Counted from the first letter of the stretch, positions 1-10,300 are shown. The stretch: 49,845 bases of DNA from a bacterium (GCA_021777675.1 JAJYDG010000003.1:1-49845); one strand, 5' to 3'. Translations and numbers: made by a program. The notes: a model not told the origin generated them from the sequence alone.

Positions 1-10
1 AGTAAGTGAT

Positions 11-337
11 ATGGAGTTTGTTGATTATGTTGTAAAACAAATCGTAAATCATCCTGATGATGTAAAGGTTGATAGAAAGATTGATGAGATGGGCGTGCTT
101 ATTACATTAGATGTTAATCCTGAAGATATGGGGATGATCATCGGTCGTGAAGGTGCGACAGCGAAAGCTCTTCGTACATTGCTTCGTGTGATCGGCGCAA
201 GAAATAATGCCAGAGTTAATCTTAAAATTAACGAACCGGAAGGATCAGAGCGAAAACCGAGAGAAGATCGCGAACCAAGAGAGCGCAAAGAGGAAGTGCG
301 TAAAAGCATTGACGATGTCGTTGGAGATATCATTTAA
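11..337 (+). CDS. khpA: KH-domain RNA-binding protein (KhpA/YlqC family)
   Basis: 108 aa with a KH GxxG loop (GMIIGREGATAKALRTLL) and IV.HPDDV N-terminus typical of YlqC/KhpA. Confidence 0.9.
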   Translation: MEFVDYVVKQIVNHPDDVKVDRKIDEMGVLITLDVNPEDMGMIIGREGATAKALRTLLRVIGARNNARVNLKINEPEGSERKPREDREPRERKEEVRKSIDDVVGDII

Positions 338-366
338 TGCAATCTCTTTAATAAAATTGAAGAAAA

Positions 367-397
367 GAAAAGGCTGGCGCGAGTCAGCCTTTTTTTA
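367..397 (+). terminator. Rho-independent, potentially bidirectional terminator after khpA
   Basis: AAAAGGCTGGC-GCGA-GTCAGCCTTTTTTT: GC stem with a GNRA loop, A-tract before and T-tract after. Confidence 0.85.
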
Positions 398-401
398 AAT
401 T

Positions 402-430
402 TTGCTAAAAATAAAAATGTGGCGTAAAAT
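402..430 (+). promoter_or_regulatory. Putative sigma70 promoter of radC
   Basis: TTGCTA (402-407), 17 bp, TAAAAT (425-430). Confidence 0.45.
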
Positions 431-459
431 TAGGATGAGTTTTTTCATCTAGTAATGCA

Positions 460-1122
460 ATGAAAATCAAAGATCTTCCCAAGGTCGACAGGCCAAGGGA
501 AAAATTGGAAAAATACGGTCCGGATAAATTATCTAACGCGGAGCTTTTGGCGGTGATTTTGGGAAAAGGAATGAAGGGGTTGAATGTGCTTGAATTGTCT
601 CATAAAATTTTTAGAAAATTTTCTGGCACCAGTTTAGCCGATGCCAATAGCAAGGAACTGAAAAATTTTTTGGGATTGGGAGGTGCAAAATCTTGCGCAA
701 TTGTAGCTTGCTTTGAGCTTTCACGAAGATTGTTGAAGGATAAAAAAGCGGAATTGATTCTTTCTCCAAAAGATGTTTGGGAAAATTTAATAGATATTCG
801 CAATAGCAAAAAAGAACATTTTATCGTTTTTTATTTGGATTCAAGAAATCAAAAAATTCAACGCGAAGTCATTTCTGTCGGGACATTAAATGCTAGTCTG
901 ATTCATCCGCGAGAGGTATTTGAGCCGGCGATTTGTCACAGCGCCGCTCAAATTTTAATTTCGCATAATCATCCATCTGGAGATGTCAGGCCGTCGGATG
1001 ATGATATTTCTGTTACCAAAAGATTGATAAACGCGGGAAAAATTTTAGGAATTGAAGTCATTGATCATGTAGTAGTTTCTCAATGTGCTTATTTAAGCCT
1101 CAAATGCGAGAACTTGCTTTAA
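460..1122 (+). CDS. radC: RadC/UPF0758 JAB-domain protein
   Basis: N-terminal IKDLP..DRPREKL..YG...LSNAELLA; JAB motif HPREVF...HNHPSGD..PS.DD is intact. Confidence 0.95.
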   Translation: MKIKDLPKVDRPREKLEKYGPDKLSNAELLAVILGKGMKGLNVLELSHKIFRKFSGTSLADANSKELKNFLGLGGAKSCAIVACFELSRRLLKDKKAELILSPKDVWENLIDIRNSKKEHFIVFYLDSRNQKIQREVISVGTLNASLIHPREVFEPAICHSAAQILISHNHPSGDVRPSDDDISVTKRLINAGKILGIEVIDHVVVSQCAYLSLKCENLL

Positions 1123-1150
1123 TATATATGTACGCTATAATGTACATATA
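1114..1150 (+). promoter_or_regulatory. Promoter overlapped by a YefM/Phd-type operator palindrome
   Basis: TTGCTT (1114-1119), 16 bp, TATAAT (1136-1141); perfect inverted repeat TATATGTAC (1125-1133) / GTACATATA (1142-1150); TGTAC cores 12 bp apart. Confidence 0.7.
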
Positions 1151-1167
1151 ATTTTGAATACAAAAAA

Positions 1168-1902
1168 ATGAATACAAAAAATATTTTGTCCATTACCGAG
1201 GCGAGAAAAAAAATTTTTACTATTGTCGATTCTGTGCAAATTGCTAATGCTTCCTGCACATTGACCGAAAGAGGTGAATCAAAAGCGATTGTGCTTTCAA
1301 TGAAAAGCTATGAAGCTTTAACTAAAAAACAAAATTCGGCATTTATTCTTTCCGACGGAGACAAAAATAAATATGCTTGGCGAAATGAAAATCAAATTTT
1401 TTCTAAAAATTTAATTATTCGCGATGAATCGCGCGTAGTTTATCTTTCTGAAAATGATCAAAATAAAAAATATGCTGAAGAAAATTTAATTAAAGCGCAG
1501 TTATATGTTCAATTGATTGAAAAATATAATTATCCCTTGCCACTGGTGGAGTTTGGCCGGTATGTTAAGGTTGGACCAAAGAAAAGCAAGCATTATATTG
1601 AAGCTGATATTATAATCAATGATGAAAACGGTAATGTCGAAATGATTTTCGAAACCAGTCCGTTTTGCGATTATGAAGAAAACATGGATCGAATTGTGGC
1701 TGATCTTTTTTCCTTGGCTGATTCTGTCAGCTGGGTGAAGAAAACGAAATATTTGGTGTATTATTCTCGTTTGGCTAAAAACGGAATAGTTCAAGAAAAA
1801 ATTTTAATCGTTGATTGCTCTAAATTTAATACTTTTTCCGCTTGGAAAAAATCCGGTCGACCGGGAGAGAAAAAAATTCCGCAATTTGAAATAAAAAAAT
1901 AA
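1168..1902 (+). CDS. Phd/YefM antitoxin-like DNA-binding domain fused to a type I HsdR N-terminal-like (PD-(D/E)XK fold) domain
   Basis: N-term SITEARKKIFTIVD.V......LTERGE..AIVLS...YEAL resembles Phd/YefM; C-term EENLIKAQL...L..KYNYP...V....V..G......EADIII...IFE resembles HSDR_N_2. Confidence 0.7.
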   Translation: MNTKNILSITEARKKIFTIVDSVQIANASCTLTERGESKAIVLSMKSYEALTKKQNSAFILSDGDKNKYAWRNENQIFSKNLIIRDESRVVYLSENDQNKKYAEENLIKAQLYVQLIEKYNYPLPLVEFGRYVKVGPKKSKHYIEADIIINDENGNVEMIFETSPFCDYEENMDRIVADLFSLADSVSWVKKTKYLVYYSRLAKNGIVQEKILIVDCSKFNTFSAWKKSGRPGEKKIPQFEIKK

Positions 1903-1972
1903 TTCTTGCAGTTTACTAAAGCGATGATTTGTTGTAAGCTTAGGATAAATTCAAGAAATTTTTTGAAAGCTT

Positions 1973-3547
1973 ATGGCAAATAAAGATATAGATCTAAATA
2001 TGACCAAAGAGCAAGAGCGATCAGAACTTCATCGTGCTATTTGGCAGATTGCCAATGATCTCAGGGGAAGCGTTGACGGTTGGGATTTCAAACAATATGT
2101 CCTTGGAATTTTGTTCTATCGTTTCATTAGTGAAAATCTCACAAGACATCTTAATGATGAAAAAAATGAAGGAACCGATTTTGATTACGCCAAATTAGAT
2201 GATAAAACTGCAGAGTTTGGCAGGAAAGAAACTATCATTGAAAAAGGTTTTTATATCCTGCCAAGTGAACTTTTTGGAAATGTTCGAAAAAATGCTCGCA
2301 ATGATGAAAATCTCAACGAAACGCTTTCTAGGATTTTTGACAATATTGAAAATTCCGCCAAGGGATTTGAAAGCGAAGATGATTTGAAAGGATTGTTCGA
2401 TGACTTGGATGTGAATTCCAATAAGCTCGGCCCAACTGTTGAAAAAAGAAATCAAAGAATCGCAAAGCTCCTTGAAGCGATTGGCGATCTTCGCTTGGGC
2501 GAGTATGCCGACAATACGATTGATGCCTTTGGTGATGCGTATGAATATTTAATGGCGATGTATGCTTCAAATGCCGGAAAATCCGGAGGAGAGTTCTACA
2601 CCCCTCAGGAGGTGAGCGAGCTTTTGGCGGAAATTACTACTGTGGGAAAAAAAGAAGTAAATAAAGTATATGATCCTTGTTGCGGTTCCGGTTCGCTTCT
2701 TTTGAAATTTGCTAAAGTGTTGGGCAAGGAAAATGTTAGACAAGGGTTTTATGGTCAGGAAATAAATCTAACTACCTACAATCTTTGTCGCATCAACATG
2801 TTTTTGCATGATATCAACTACAATCATTTTGATGTAGCGCACGGTGACACACTCACCGATCCAAAACATTGGGACGACGAACCTTTTGATGCCATTGTTT
2901 CCAATCCGCCGTATTCAATTAAATGGGAAGGGGATGCCAATCCGCTCATCATCAATGATCCTCGATTTTCTCCGGCAGGAGTTTTGGCGCCCAAAAGCAA
3001 AGCGGATTTGGCATTCACCATGCACATGCTCTCGTGGCTTTCCACCAGCGGAACAGCGGCGATTGTTGAATTTCCGGGAGTACTCTATCGCGGTGGAGCG
3101 GAACAGAAAATTAGAAAATATTTGATTGATAATAATTATCTGGATGCGGTGATTCAACTCCCGCCGGATCTTTTTTTTGGCACGACAATTGCCACTTGCG
3201 TGGTTGTTTTGAAAAAAAGCAAAAAAGAAAACAAAACTTTGTTCATTGACGCATCGAAAGAATTTGTGCGGGGCGGGAACAAAAACAAATTAAGCGAAGA
3301 AAATCGCAAAAAGATTCTGGATGCGTTCATTGCGCGAAAAGACGCGGAGTATTTTGCCAAACTGGTGGATAATAATACGATTGCTGAGAATGATTATAAC
3401 ATTGCGGTGTCTAGTTATGTGGTGGCGGAAGACACTCGGGAAGTGGTTGATATAAAAGAATTAAATAAAGAAATTGAGAGGATTGTGGCAAGGCAGAGTG
3501 AATTGAGGGTGGCGATTGATGAGATTGTAGCGGATATCGAGAGATAA
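1973..3547 (+). CDS. hsdM: Type I restriction-modification methyltransferase subunit M
   Basis: HsdM_N IWQIANDLRG; GEFYTP, YDPCCGSGSLL (SAM binding), SNPPY (N6-adenine catalytic motif). Confidence 0.97.
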   Translation: MANKDIDLNMTKEQERSELHRAIWQIANDLRGSVDGWDFKQYVLGILFYRFISENLTRHLNDEKNEGTDFDYAKLDDKTAEFGRKETIIEKGFYILPSELFGNVRKNARNDENLNETLSRIFDNIENSAKGFESEDDLKGLFDDLDVNSNKLGPTVEKRNQRIAKLLEAIGDLRLGEYADNTIDAFGDAYEYLMAMYASNAGKSGGEFYTPQEVSELLAEITTVGKKEVNKVYDPCCGSGSLLLKFAKVLGKENVRQGFYGQEINLTTYNLCRINMFLHDINYNHFDVAHGDTLTDPKHWDDEPFDAIVSNPPYSIKWEGDANPLIINDPRFSPAGVLAPKSKADLAFTMHMLSWLSTSGTAAIVEFPGVLYRGGAEQKIRKYLIDNNYLDAVIQLPPDLFFGTTIATCVVVLKKSKKENKTLFIDASKEFVRGGNKNKLSEENRKKILDAFIARKDAEYFAKLVDNNTIAENDYNIAVSSYVVAEDTREVVDIKELNKEIERIVARQSELRVAIDEIVADIER

Positions 3548-3574
3548 TTATAAAATTTAACAAAAAGAACCAAT

Positions 3575-5041
3575 ATGAACAATGAGGAGCTTGTTAAAAT
3601 GTTTTTGGATACTCAGGAATGGCAGACTTTTGAGTGCAAAAGAGCGGCAATTAAGCCTTCCGATTTGCTTGAAACAGTTGTTGCTTTCGCAAATGCAGAC
3701 GGAGGCCTTATTGTTATTGGAATTGAAGATCCCAAAAAAGCCAATGGTGTGAAACGATTGCTTGGAATAAGTGAAAATTTGGATAATTGTTCAGATTTTT
3801 TAAAATTGCTCGAAAAAGAAATTGAACCACCATTGTTATTATGGAGAAAGTTTGAAATCAAAATTATAAATGTTGATGGAAAAGATGATAAGCTGCTTGT
3901 TTTAAATATTGAAAAAAGTAATGATGTTCATTCATTGAAGAAGGGTGATACTTTTGTAAGAAAAGGAAGTCAAAATGTTAAAATTGGTTCTACAGAAATA
4001 ATGCGTCTTAAATATGAAAAAGGTGCAATTAAATTCGAAAATGAGAGGTCTGGAATATTTCTATTGGATGATTTGGATCATGTTCTGCTTTCTCAATATA
4101 AAAAAGACACATCAAGCACTGGTGTGGATGATTGGCAATTCCTCAAAGACAATGGACTAGCATTTAATGATGGTGGAAAGTTTGAATTAACAAAGGCGGG
4201 CGTTTTGCTATTTGGGAAAAATCCATCAGTTTCCCTAAAGAGTAAATGTGGTGTGAAAATTTCTCATTATTATGGAACCAAGCCCACATATTCAGGGGAG
4301 CCAAATTTTGTCTCAAGACCTTTTACAGTGGAGGGGTCATTAATAAAGCAAATTGAAAAAACATTGGAGTATTTTGATACGATTGTTAAAAATTCCCCGC
4401 CTAAATTGGCTGGCGCCTCATTTGCACCTACATTTTTGATTCCCGCTTGGGCTTTTCAGGAGGCCATTACAAATGCCATCATTCATCGTAACTATTTTGT
4501 GCAGGATGATATCCATGTGCGCTTCTTTGATGATCGTGTAGAAATAGAAAGCCCTGGAACATATCCTGGACACATTACGGTTGATAACATAAGAAGTGAA
4601 AGATTTTCACGCAATCCGTTGATATTGAGAACATTGAATCGTTTTCAATCTGCGCCGAATCTTGATATTGGTGAAGGAGTTGATCGAATGTTCATGGTTA
4701 TGAGAAAACAAAACCTATATGAACCGCTATTTTTTCCTCCAAAAATTAGACCGAATTCAGTTTTGCTATTGTTGTTAAATATGCAAAGAATCGAATATTG
4801 GGATACAGTCAGTAATTATTTGAATGAAAACTACCGAATTACTAATTCTAAGGCTCGTGAGATTACGGGGTTAAGTGATGTATTGAAGATGTCCAGGTTT
4901 TTAAAGTCATGGGTTGAAAAGGGCTTATTGGAAAAAATTGGCTCTGGAAAAAAGGACAGTTTTTATATGAAGCCTGGTCAAGATGTTCCGAGAAATTTAT
5001 TTTCAAGCGGGGATGAAAATAAAACAGAAATATGCAAATAA
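3575..5041 (+). CDS. AlbA_2 (Schlafen-like) + HATPase_c_4 + winged-HTH protein (often labelled RecG-like/transcriptional regulator)
   Basis: E...FECK, VAFANADGGLIVIGIED (AlbA_2); AFQEAITNAIIHRNY, FDDRVEIESPG, SRNP, GEGV (HATPase_c_4); C-terminal ITN...REITG HTH. Confidence 0.85.
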   Translation: MNNEELVKMFLDTQEWQTFECKRAAIKPSDLLETVVAFANADGGLIVIGIEDPKKANGVKRLLGISENLDNCSDFLKLLEKEIEPPLLLWRKFEIKIINVDGKDDKLLVLNIEKSNDVHSLKKGDTFVRKGSQNVKIGSTEIMRLKYEKGAIKFENERSGIFLLDDLDHVLLSQYKKDTSSTGVDDWQFLKDNGLAFNDGGKFELTKAGVLLFGKNPSVSLKSKCGVKISHYYGTKPTYSGEPNFVSRPFTVEGSLIKQIEKTLEYFDTIVKNSPPKLAGASFAPTFLIPAWAFQEAITNAIIHRNYFVQDDIHVRFFDDRVEIESPGTYPGHITVDNIRSERFSRNPLILRTLNRFQSAPNLDIGEGVDRMFMVMRKQNLYEPLFFPPKIRPNSVLLLLLNMQRIEYWDTVSNYLNENYRITNSKAREITGLSDVLKMSRFLKSWVEKGLLEKIGSGKKDSFYMKPGQDVPRNLFSSGDENKTEICK

Positions 5042-5116
5042 TGCCTTGTTTCAGCCATTAATTCATTTTTCTTATTTTCAGAGGTTAAAATAGGCGGCAT
5101 ATCTTTTAAAGAAAAA

Positions 5117-6298
5117 ATGAGGGTAAATAATATGACCAATCGCCAATCAACAATCGAAAAACTAATTTCAGAACTATGCCCTGATGGCGTAGTATTTAAA
5201 GATTTGGAAAGCTTAGCGAGTATAGAAACCGGAACACAATTAAACAAGACTGAGTTGTCGGAAATTGGAGACTATGCTGTGTTGAATGGCGGAATAAATC
5301 CTTCTGGTTATTATCATGAGTATAACACTATCGAAAATACGATTGCTATTAGCCAAGGTGGAGCATCTGCTGGTTACGTTAATTTTGTCACAACTAAATT
5401 TTGGGCAGGAGCCCATTGTTTTGTTATAAAACCAATAACTGATGAAATAAATAATAGATTTTTATATTTTATCTTAAAAAATGCACAAGAAAAATTACAA
5501 AATGCAAAACTTGGTGCAGGTATCCCAGGATTAAACAAAAAAGAATTGCAAAACTTTAAAATCCCCATCCCACCCCTTGCCATCCAAGAAGAAATTGTCA
5601 AAATTCTTAATAGTTTTACAGAGCTAGAAGCAGAGCTAGAAGCAGAACTGGAAGCAAGGAAGAAACAATACAAATATTATAGGGATGATCTATTGAACAT
5701 AAAAGATGTTGAGTATAAAGCCCTAGGAGAAATTGGGGAATTTATTAGAGGCAATGGCCTGCAGAAAAAAGATTTTACAGAAACTGGAGTTGGTTGTATT
5801 CATTATGGTCAAATTTATACTTACTACGGAACTTTTGCCGATAAAACCAAAACATTTGTTTCAGAAGAACTAGCAAGAAAATTGAAAAAAGCCCAAAAAG
5901 GGGATGTGCTAATTGCTGGCGTAAGTGAAAACATTGAAGATGTTTGCAAACCACTAGGATGGTTAGGAGATGAGATTTGTATTAGCGGCGATATGTTTGC
6001 CTTCCGCCATAATCAAAATACAAAATTTATTACATATCTTTTGCAAACTACAAATTTTCATAAATATAAAGAACGGTATGCGCAAGGAGCTAAGGTAACT
6101 CGTGTTAAAACTAGCAGGATACTAGATTATAAAATTCCAGTCCCACCACTCAAAGAACAAAAAAGAATCGTTTCAATTCTCGATAAATTCGACGCCTTAG
6201 TAAACGACATTTCCATTGGTCTGCCGGCCGAACTCAAAGCTCGAAGATCGCAGTATGAATATTATCGCGGGAAACTTTTAAGTTTCAAAACACTATGA
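5117..6298 (+). CDS. hsdS: Type I RM specificity subunit S, type IC-like (start may be 5132)
   Basis: Two TRDs with IPIPPLAIQEEIV and IPVPPLKEQKRIV conserved regions; central (ELEA)3 repeat; C-term GLPAEL.AR..QYEYYR..LL. Confidence 0.95.
   Translation: MRVNNMTNRQSTIEKLISELCPDGVVFKDLESLASIETGTQLNKTELSEIGDYAVLNGGINPSGYYHEYNTIENTIAISQGGASAGYVNFVTTKFWAGAHCFVIKPITDEINNRFLYFILKNAQEKLQNAKLGAGIPGLNKKELQNFKIPIPPLAIQEEIVKILNSFTELEAELEAELEARKKQYKYYRDDLLNIKDVEYKALGEIGEFIRGNGLQKKDFTETGVGCIHYGQIYTYYGTFADKTKTFVSEELARKLKKAQKGDVLIAGVSENIEDVCKPLGWLGDEICISGDMFAFRHNQNTKFITYLLQTTNFHKYKERYAQGAKVTRVKTSRILDYKIPVPPLKEQKRIVSILDKFDALVNDISIGLPAELKARRSQYEYYRGKLLSFKTL
5621..5656 (+). repeat. Three tandem 12-bp repeats in the hsdS central conserved region
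   Basis: GAGCTAGAAGCA GAGCTAGAAGCA GAACTGGAAGCA, encoding ELEA x3. Confidence 0.9.
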
Positions 6299-7314
6299 AA
6301 AAAGAATTACAAAATCAAATAATTATTTATGAAGGAGATGATGGAGAGTCTCACATAGAAGTTCGATTTGAGGGGGAAACTGTTTGGCTTACGCAGGCGC
6401 AACTTGTAGATTTGTATCAATCAAGCAAGGCCAATATCAGCGAGCATATTAAGAATATCTATTCAGAAAAGGAATTAACTCCAGAGGCAACTGTTCGGAA
6501 ATTCCGAACAGTTCAAAAAGAGGGAAATAGAGAGGTTTCTAGGGACATTGAGCATTATAGTCTTGATATGATTATTTCGCTTGGTTATAGAATTAAATCC
6601 CAGATTGCTACAAAGTTTCGTATTTGGGCGACCGCGCGCCTCAAAGAATATATTATCAAAGGATTTGCAATGGATGACGAAAGACTGAAGGGAACTGGCG
6701 GTGGAAATTATTGGAAGGAATTACTGGAGAGAATCCGAGATATTCGCAGTAGTGAAAAAGTGCTTTATCGACAGGTACTTGATTTGTACGCAACCAGTGT
6801 TGACTATGATCCCAAAAGCAAAGAGTCGATTTTATTTTTTAAAACTGTTCAAAATAAATTACATTATGCCACTAATCAGCAGACTGCGGCTGAATTGATT
6901 TTTTCTCGTGCGGATGCGGAAAAAGAATTTATGGGAATGACGAACTTTTCCGGTAAAATGCCAACCAAAATAGACTCAACTATTGCCAAGAGCTACTTGA
7001 CCAAAGATGAATTGTACCGACTTAATCGCTTGGTATCCGCCTTTTTTGATTTGGCTGAAATTAAAGCGCAAGATGAGCAACCAATGAAGATGAAGGATTG
7101 GGTTGCGGAGCTGGATAAATTTTCGGAAATATACGGAAAAGGTAAATTGCTTAATGCGGGGAATGTGAGTCATGAAAAAGCCATGAAAAAAGTGGAGGAA
7201 GAATATCGCAAATATCAAACAATGACCATGTCTCCGGTAGAAAAGGATTATATGGAATCAATCAAGGCTGTGGAAAAAAAGATTGTTAAGAAAGTTAAGT
7301 TGAATAAGAAATAA
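6295..7314 (+). CDS. rhuM: RhuM family protein
   Basis: ETVWLTQAQL..LY..S..NISEHIKNI; YSLDMIISLGYRI.S..AT.FR.WAT..LKEY..KGF..D.ERLK; ELLERIRDIRSSEK; ATGA overlap with hsdS. Confidence 0.9.
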   Translation: MKKELQNQIIIYEGDDGESHIEVRFEGETVWLTQAQLVDLYQSSKANISEHIKNIYSEKELTPEATVRKFRTVQKEGNREVSRDIEHYSLDMIISLGYRIKSQIATKFRIWATARLKEYIIKGFAMDDERLKGTGGGNYWKELLERIRDIRSSEKVLYRQVLDLYATSVDYDPKSKESILFFKTVQNKLHYATNQQTAAELIFSRADAEKEFMGMTNFSGKMPTKIDSTIAKSYLTKDELYRLNRLVSAFFDLAEIKAQDEQPMKMKDWVAELDKFSEIYGKGKLLNAGNVSHEKAMKKVEEEYRKYQTMTMSPVEKDYMESIKAVEKKIVKKVKLNKK

Positions 7315-7319
7315 AAAAT

Positions 7320-10300
7320 ATGAAATATAATTTAGTCGCACAAAATCCGGAAAGCACCGTTGTTGCCGAATATCAGCGGCCCATTGATCGTGTGCGAGAT
7401 GGCAACGCCTACCAAAACGAAGCCGATCTTGAACGTGCTTTTGTCAAGCAACTAGAAACTCAAGCTTATGAATATTTGAAAATCACTTCTGAAAATGAGT
7501 TAGTAAGCAACTTGCGACAACAACTTGAAAAGCTAAACAATTTTTCCTTTTCTAATACCGAATGGGAAAGATTTTTCATAAGTGAAATTGCTAATTCCAA
7601 TCAAAGCATTGAAGAAAAAACCGCCACTATTCAAGAAGATATCACAAAAATACTAGACCGAGATGATGGCACTTTCAAAAATATTGATTTCATAGACAAG
7701 AAAAACATTCACAACAACAGCTTGCAGGTCATCAATCAATATGTCACAGACGAAGGACAACGCGTTAATCGCTATGATGTAACGGTGCTGGTGAATGGTT
7801 TGCCTCTTGTGCATATTGAGCTCAAACGCCGAGGCGTGGCGATCCAAGAAGCTTTCAATCAAATCAATCGCTATCATCGAGAAAGTTTTTGGGCTGCCAG
7901 CGGACTTTTTGAATATGTGCAATTGTTTGTCATTTCCAATGGAACGCATACAAAATATTACAGCAATACCACCAGATCGCAGCACATCAAGGAATCAAAT
8001 GAAGGTAAAACCAAGAAAGGCAAAAAAACGAGCACCAGTTTTGAATTTACTAGTTGGTGGGCGGATGCGACCAATCGGCCAATTATGGATCTGATTGATT
8101 TCGCCAAAACATTTTTTGCCAAGCATACGCTTTTGAATATTTTGACAAAATATTGCGTGTTTACCACGGACCACTTGCTTCTTGTTATGCGTCCCTATCA
8201 GATTGTGGCGACCGAACGAATATTGAACAAAATCGAGATCAGTACGAATTATAAAAAACTTGGGACAGCGGAAGCTGGGGGATACGTTTGGCACACCACC
8301 GGATCGGGAAAGACTTTGACCAGCTTCAAAACCGCTCAACTTGTCAGTAAATTGTCGTATGTGGACAAGGTATTATTTGTGGTTGATCGTAAGGATTTGG
8401 ACTATCAAACAATGCGAGAGTACGACAAATTTGAAAAAGGGGCGGCCAATAGCAACACTAGTACTGCTCTTTTGAAAAAGCAACTGGAAAATTCAAATGC
8501 CAGAATAATTGTAACGACCATCCAGAAGCTGGATAAATTTATTGGGAAAAATGCCAAACATGCAATATTTGACGGGCATATTGTGATTATTTTTGACGAA
8601 TGTCATCGTAGCCAATTTGGCGATATGCACGCGAGCATTGTCAAAGCCTTTAAAAACTATCATTTATTTGGTTTTACCGGTACGCCAATTTTTGCCGTTA
8701 ATTCTTCAGCTGGTGGGCGAGTTGATATTAAAACTACCGCGCAGGCTTTTGGAGAAAAATTGCATACCTATACAATCGTGGATGCAATTGCGGATAAAAA
8801 CGTTCTGCCGTTTAGAATTGACTATATTTCAACCGTTCATGAAGCTGAGAATGTCGAGGATAAAAAAGTTCCAGATATTGATCGCGAAGCTGTGCTTGCC
8901 GCACCTGAACGTTTGACAAATATTGTCAAGTACATTCGTGAGCATTTTGATCAAAAAACTAAGCGCAACAGTTTTTATAAAATCCAAGAGCGGAGGATGG
9001 CAGGCTTCAACTCAATTTTTGCCGTTTCATCTATCGATGTGGCCAAAAAATATTATCTTGAGTTTAAAAAACAATTAGATGGCGAACCAAGCGATAAACA
9101 ACTTAAAATAGCGACGATTTTCAGTTTTGGAGTGAACGACGAAGATGCAGACAGTATGCTTGATGAAAATTCAGAGGATACAAGCGGGCTGGACGTTAAC
9201 TCGCGAGATTTTCTTGAGAGCGCTATCTCAGATTATAACCAAATGTTTGGCACTTCCTATGACACTTCATCGGATAAGTTCCAAAATTATTATAAAGATG
9301 TCAGCGAGCGAGTGAAAAAAAGAGAAATAGACATTCTGATTGTGGTAAATATGTTTTTGACTGGGTTTGACGCGACAACTCTCAACACTTTGTGGGTGGA
9401 TAAAAATCTGCGTTTGCATGGCTTGCTCCAGGCATTTTCTAGGACTAATCGCATTTTGAATAGTGTGAAAACTTTTGGAAATATTGTTTGTTTTCGTAAC
9501 TTGGAAAAAGCAACCAATGAATCTATCGCGCTTTTTGGCGACAAAGAAGCGAGTGGAATTGTGCTTCTCAGGACCTATGGAGACTACTATAATGGCTATA
9601 AAGACGGCGATAAAGAAGTGTGGGGATATAAGAGTTTAATAGACGAACTTTTAAAGAAATTCCCAGTAGGAGAAAGGATTGTCGGTGAGCAGAATCAAAA
9701 AGATTTTATCAAATTATATGGAGCGGTTTTGCGCATGCGAAATATTCTCACAACCTTTGATGAATTTGCAGGTCAGGAAATTTTATCTCCGCGTGATGTG
9801 CAAGATTATCACAGTAGGTATATCGATTTGTACAATGAATTTCGCAAAAGCACAGAAGAAGAAAAAGAAAACGTTAATGATGATCTGGTCTTTGAGATGG
9901 AATTAATAAAACAAGTCGAAATCAACATTGACTATATTTTGGGTCTTATCAAGAAATACCACGAGGATCATGTAAAAAATAAAGAGCTCCTGGTTGATAT
10001 TAATAAAGCCATCGATTCTAGTGTCGAGCTTCGCAATAAAAAAGATCTTATTAATCAATTTATTGCCTCCCTTGATGCGCACTCTGTTATTGATGAAGAT
10101 TGGCAAAAATTTATCAAAGAAAAGAAAATTGAGGAATTGGAAGAAATTATTAAAAATGAAAATCTTGACCGAGAAGCGACCTATAAGTTTATAAACAATG
10201 CTTTTAGGGATGGAAACGTTGCGACAACCGGCACCGCAATTTCAAAAGTATTGCCACCAGTATCTCGATTTTCTCCAACTGGCGAACGAACACAAAAACG

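Noticed and set aside
3575-5041. Second RecG helicase
   Set aside because: No Walker A/DExH helicase motifs; the label comes from the HATPase_c_4 domain name, and true recG is at 16179-18263
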